This document shows positions 63,896 to 64,000 of a DNA stretch of 64,000 nucleotides, piece by piece. The DNA lies in contig JAVBUE010000004.1 of the NCBI GenBank assembly GCA_031555735.1, positions 1,790 to 65,789 of the forward strand, written 5' to 3'. Made by a program: the position numbers and the translations under genes. The stretch is from Tannerellaceae bacterium. Its GTDB lineage: Bacteria; Bacteroidota; Bacteroidia; Bacteroidales; Tannerellaceae. Below the pieces are notes generated by a model, which saw nothing but the letters and a program-made list of their open reading frames with translations, did not search any database and was not told the origin of the DNA. Every line of letters begins with the position of its first letter. The first letter of the stretch is position 1.

Positions 63896-64000
63896 CCCCT
63901 TTCACGGATGAATATTTCATGAACCAGGCACTGGTGGAAGCACGTGCCGCAGCAGCCGAAGGGGAAGTGCCCGTTGGCGCCGTGATTGTGTGCAACGACC
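63892..64000 (+). CDS. tadA: tRNA-specific adenosine deaminase, N-terminal fragment (continues beyond the window)
   Basis: Not in the track (runs off the edge). MTPFTDEYFMNQALVEARAAAAEGEVPVGAVIVCND matches the TadA N-terminus (FM..AL..A..A...GEVPVGAV.V). Confidence 0.8.
   Translation, partial: MTPFTDEYFMNQALVEARAAAAEGEVPVGAVIVCND

Overview
A 64-kb chromosomal segment that looks Bacteroidota/Bacteroidales. The evidence is TAnnTTTG -7 boxes 5-60 nt upstream of most first genes, DUF1573/DUF349/TPR proteins, an ilv operon carrying an acyl-ACP thioesterase, and a hut operon with ftcD/fchA. All family calls come from motifs I recognise by eye; no database was searched. I count about 54 protein genes and see no rRNA, tRNA, CRISPR array, transposase or integrase. 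Most of the window is core metabolism in tidy operons: ilvD-ilvB-ilvN-thioesterase-ilvC, leuA-leuC-leuD-cimA-like-leuB, galM, thyA, folA, a 1882-aa thioester-less alpha-2-macroglobulin followed by two DUF1573 proteins, meaB, eutH-eutB-eutC, a 1000-aa TPR protein plus beta-barrel OMP, rocD-rocF, PASTA-rluD-ddl-acyltransferase, rpmH, DUF349, uxuB-uxuA, hutU-ftcD-hutI-fchA-hutH, yraN-birA, and the start of tadA. The left ~4.5 kb is visibly AT-richer and looks accessory. It holds a truncated secreted protein, a HigBA module, and an XRE-HTH/AbiEii-type nucleotidyltransferase pair. Four things are not explained by the gene list. (1) A family of intergenic elements built from 11/22-bp phased GTGGAA/TTCCAC-core units sits at four loci (about 2.1, 21.4, 42.3 and 62.3 kb). 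Two direct copies share a 76-bp perfectly identical core, and one locus is a 430-bp element with ~110-bp inverted arms. (2) Ile/Leu/Val-rich and Leu-rich leader peptides with terminator/antiterminator pairings lie upstream of ilvD and leuA. (3) An orphan full promoter plus intrinsic terminator could be an sRNA or a regulatory leader. (4) 9-bp tandem repeats fill two leu intercistronic spacers. I see no convincing complete novel multi-gene system. The repeat family and the non-canonical AbiEii pairing are the best leads, and both need genome-wide searches that I cannot run.
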